Shown one piece after another: positions 62,392-64,000 of a stretch of DNA of 64,000 nucleotides (the first letter of the stretch is position 1; each line of letters begins with the position of its first letter). A program made the translations under genes and the position numbers. The notes below the pieces were generated by a model that worked only from the letters and a program-made list of their open reading frames with translations, made no database searches and was not told the origin of the DNA. The stretch comes from Eledone cirrhosa (taxonomy: Eukaryota). The DNA lies in NCBI GenBank assembly GCA_964016885.1, contig OZ024760.1:620001-684000 (forward strand). Reading direction: 5' to 3'.

Positions 62392-62600
62392 TTGTGTGTG
62401 TGTGTTTGTCTGTGTGTGTGCGTGCGTGTGTGTGTCTGTGTGTTTGTGTGTGTGTGTGTAGATTTTATTGTGCAATAGAAGGAAAGTGGAACAAACAGAC
62501 ACAGAAGTGACAGACTGGCAACAGATATTAAGATACAATAAAATGCGACATATGTAATCAACAGACCATAATAGATTCTTGGTAAATGTATATATTTATA

Positions 62601-62645
<45 letters not shown>

Positions 62646-62646
62646 C

Positions 62647-62795
<149 letters not shown>

Positions 62796-63017
62796 GTATA
62801 TATATATATGTATATATATATATGTATATATATGTATATATATATACATATATACATATATATGTGTGAGTGTGGATGTATGTATGACAGAGAGATTGAA
62901 GCGACAGTTCGAAAAGCAAGTCACAATGAAATAGAAAATGAAAAGGGAAAATATATATATTTTTCGCCAACAAAACCACTAGAAAATACACAGCTAAACT
63001 CATACATACCAAGAAGG

Positions 63018-63091
<74 letters not shown>

Positions 63092-63187
63092 GTTTGTATG
63101 TATATATACACACACACACACATATATATACATATGACTATATATGTACACGAATATGTATGAATCTATATATATATACCAAGAAGG

Positions 63188-63239
<52 letters not shown>

Positions 63240-63323
63240 AACACATATATGCCCTAGAAACGATCGTTAAATAGTGAACTTTTTTTGTTTAATATAAGGA
63301 ATTGTTTGTTCATTATTTGTTTA

Positions 63324-63404
<81 letters not shown>

Positions 63405-63405
63405 G

Positions 63406-63490
<85 letters not shown>

Positions 63491-63592
63491 CATAGCTAAA
63501 CTCCTACAGTGGCTGTTCATCAACTATTGTAAAATATATACGAGAATGGTGGTACTACACACACTCATAATATATATATATATATTTGTATA

Positions 63593-63636
<44 letters not shown>

Positions 63637-64000
63637 TGTATATGTATATATGTATGTGTATATATGTATGTATGTATATATACACACACACACACACACA
63701 TATTAATACATATGACTATATATGTACACGAATATGTATGAATCTATATATGCGTATTTATACATAAATACATACATACATACACACACACATACATACA
63801 TACATACATACATACATACATACATACATACATACATACATACATACATACATACATACATACATACATACATACATACATACATACACGTACATATGAC
63901 CACATACATACATATAAAAAAAAACATGGGAGGAAAAATGCAAACTAATAAAAAAAAACGTGTCTTTGACAAGCCAAGGCATTTTTAATGCATCACCATT

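Overview
Eukaryotic, AT-rich and dominated by microsatellites ((TA)n, (CA)n, (TATG)n, (GA)n, (TAA)n). The repeat content suggests an octopus/cephalopod intron or intergenic region (inference). No host protein-coding exon could be supported, and almost all ORFs in the track are microsatellite artefacts. The recognisable content is mobile DNA: (1) an apparently intact two-ORF Tx1/L1-group non-LTR retrotransposon (50469-56496, -) with a truncated copy and an R4/Dong-type RLE fragment, all stacked in one (TAA)n tract; (2) two tRNA-derived SINE families; (3) Helitron, mariner, MITE and RTE fragments; (4) several minisatellites. The main hidden signal is about 30-35 type I hammerhead-ribozyme (HHR) motifs in about 10 unrelated sequence families. 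I found them by eye as stem I-CUGANGA-stem II-GAAA-palindromic loop III-UH-stem I'. Nearly all lie in short elements inserted in (TA)n, and many form fold-back inverted repeats. One family is physically joined to a Penelope-like GIY-YIG endonuclease frame that the ORF track missed (17625-17990, -). Two families occur as ORF-less tandem HHR-to-HHR units of 310 and about 527 nt, resembling retrozymes or mini-Penelope elements that could yield circular RNAs. Some families carry non-canonical catalytic cores (U4A, U4C). All RNA structures are hand-derived and untested.
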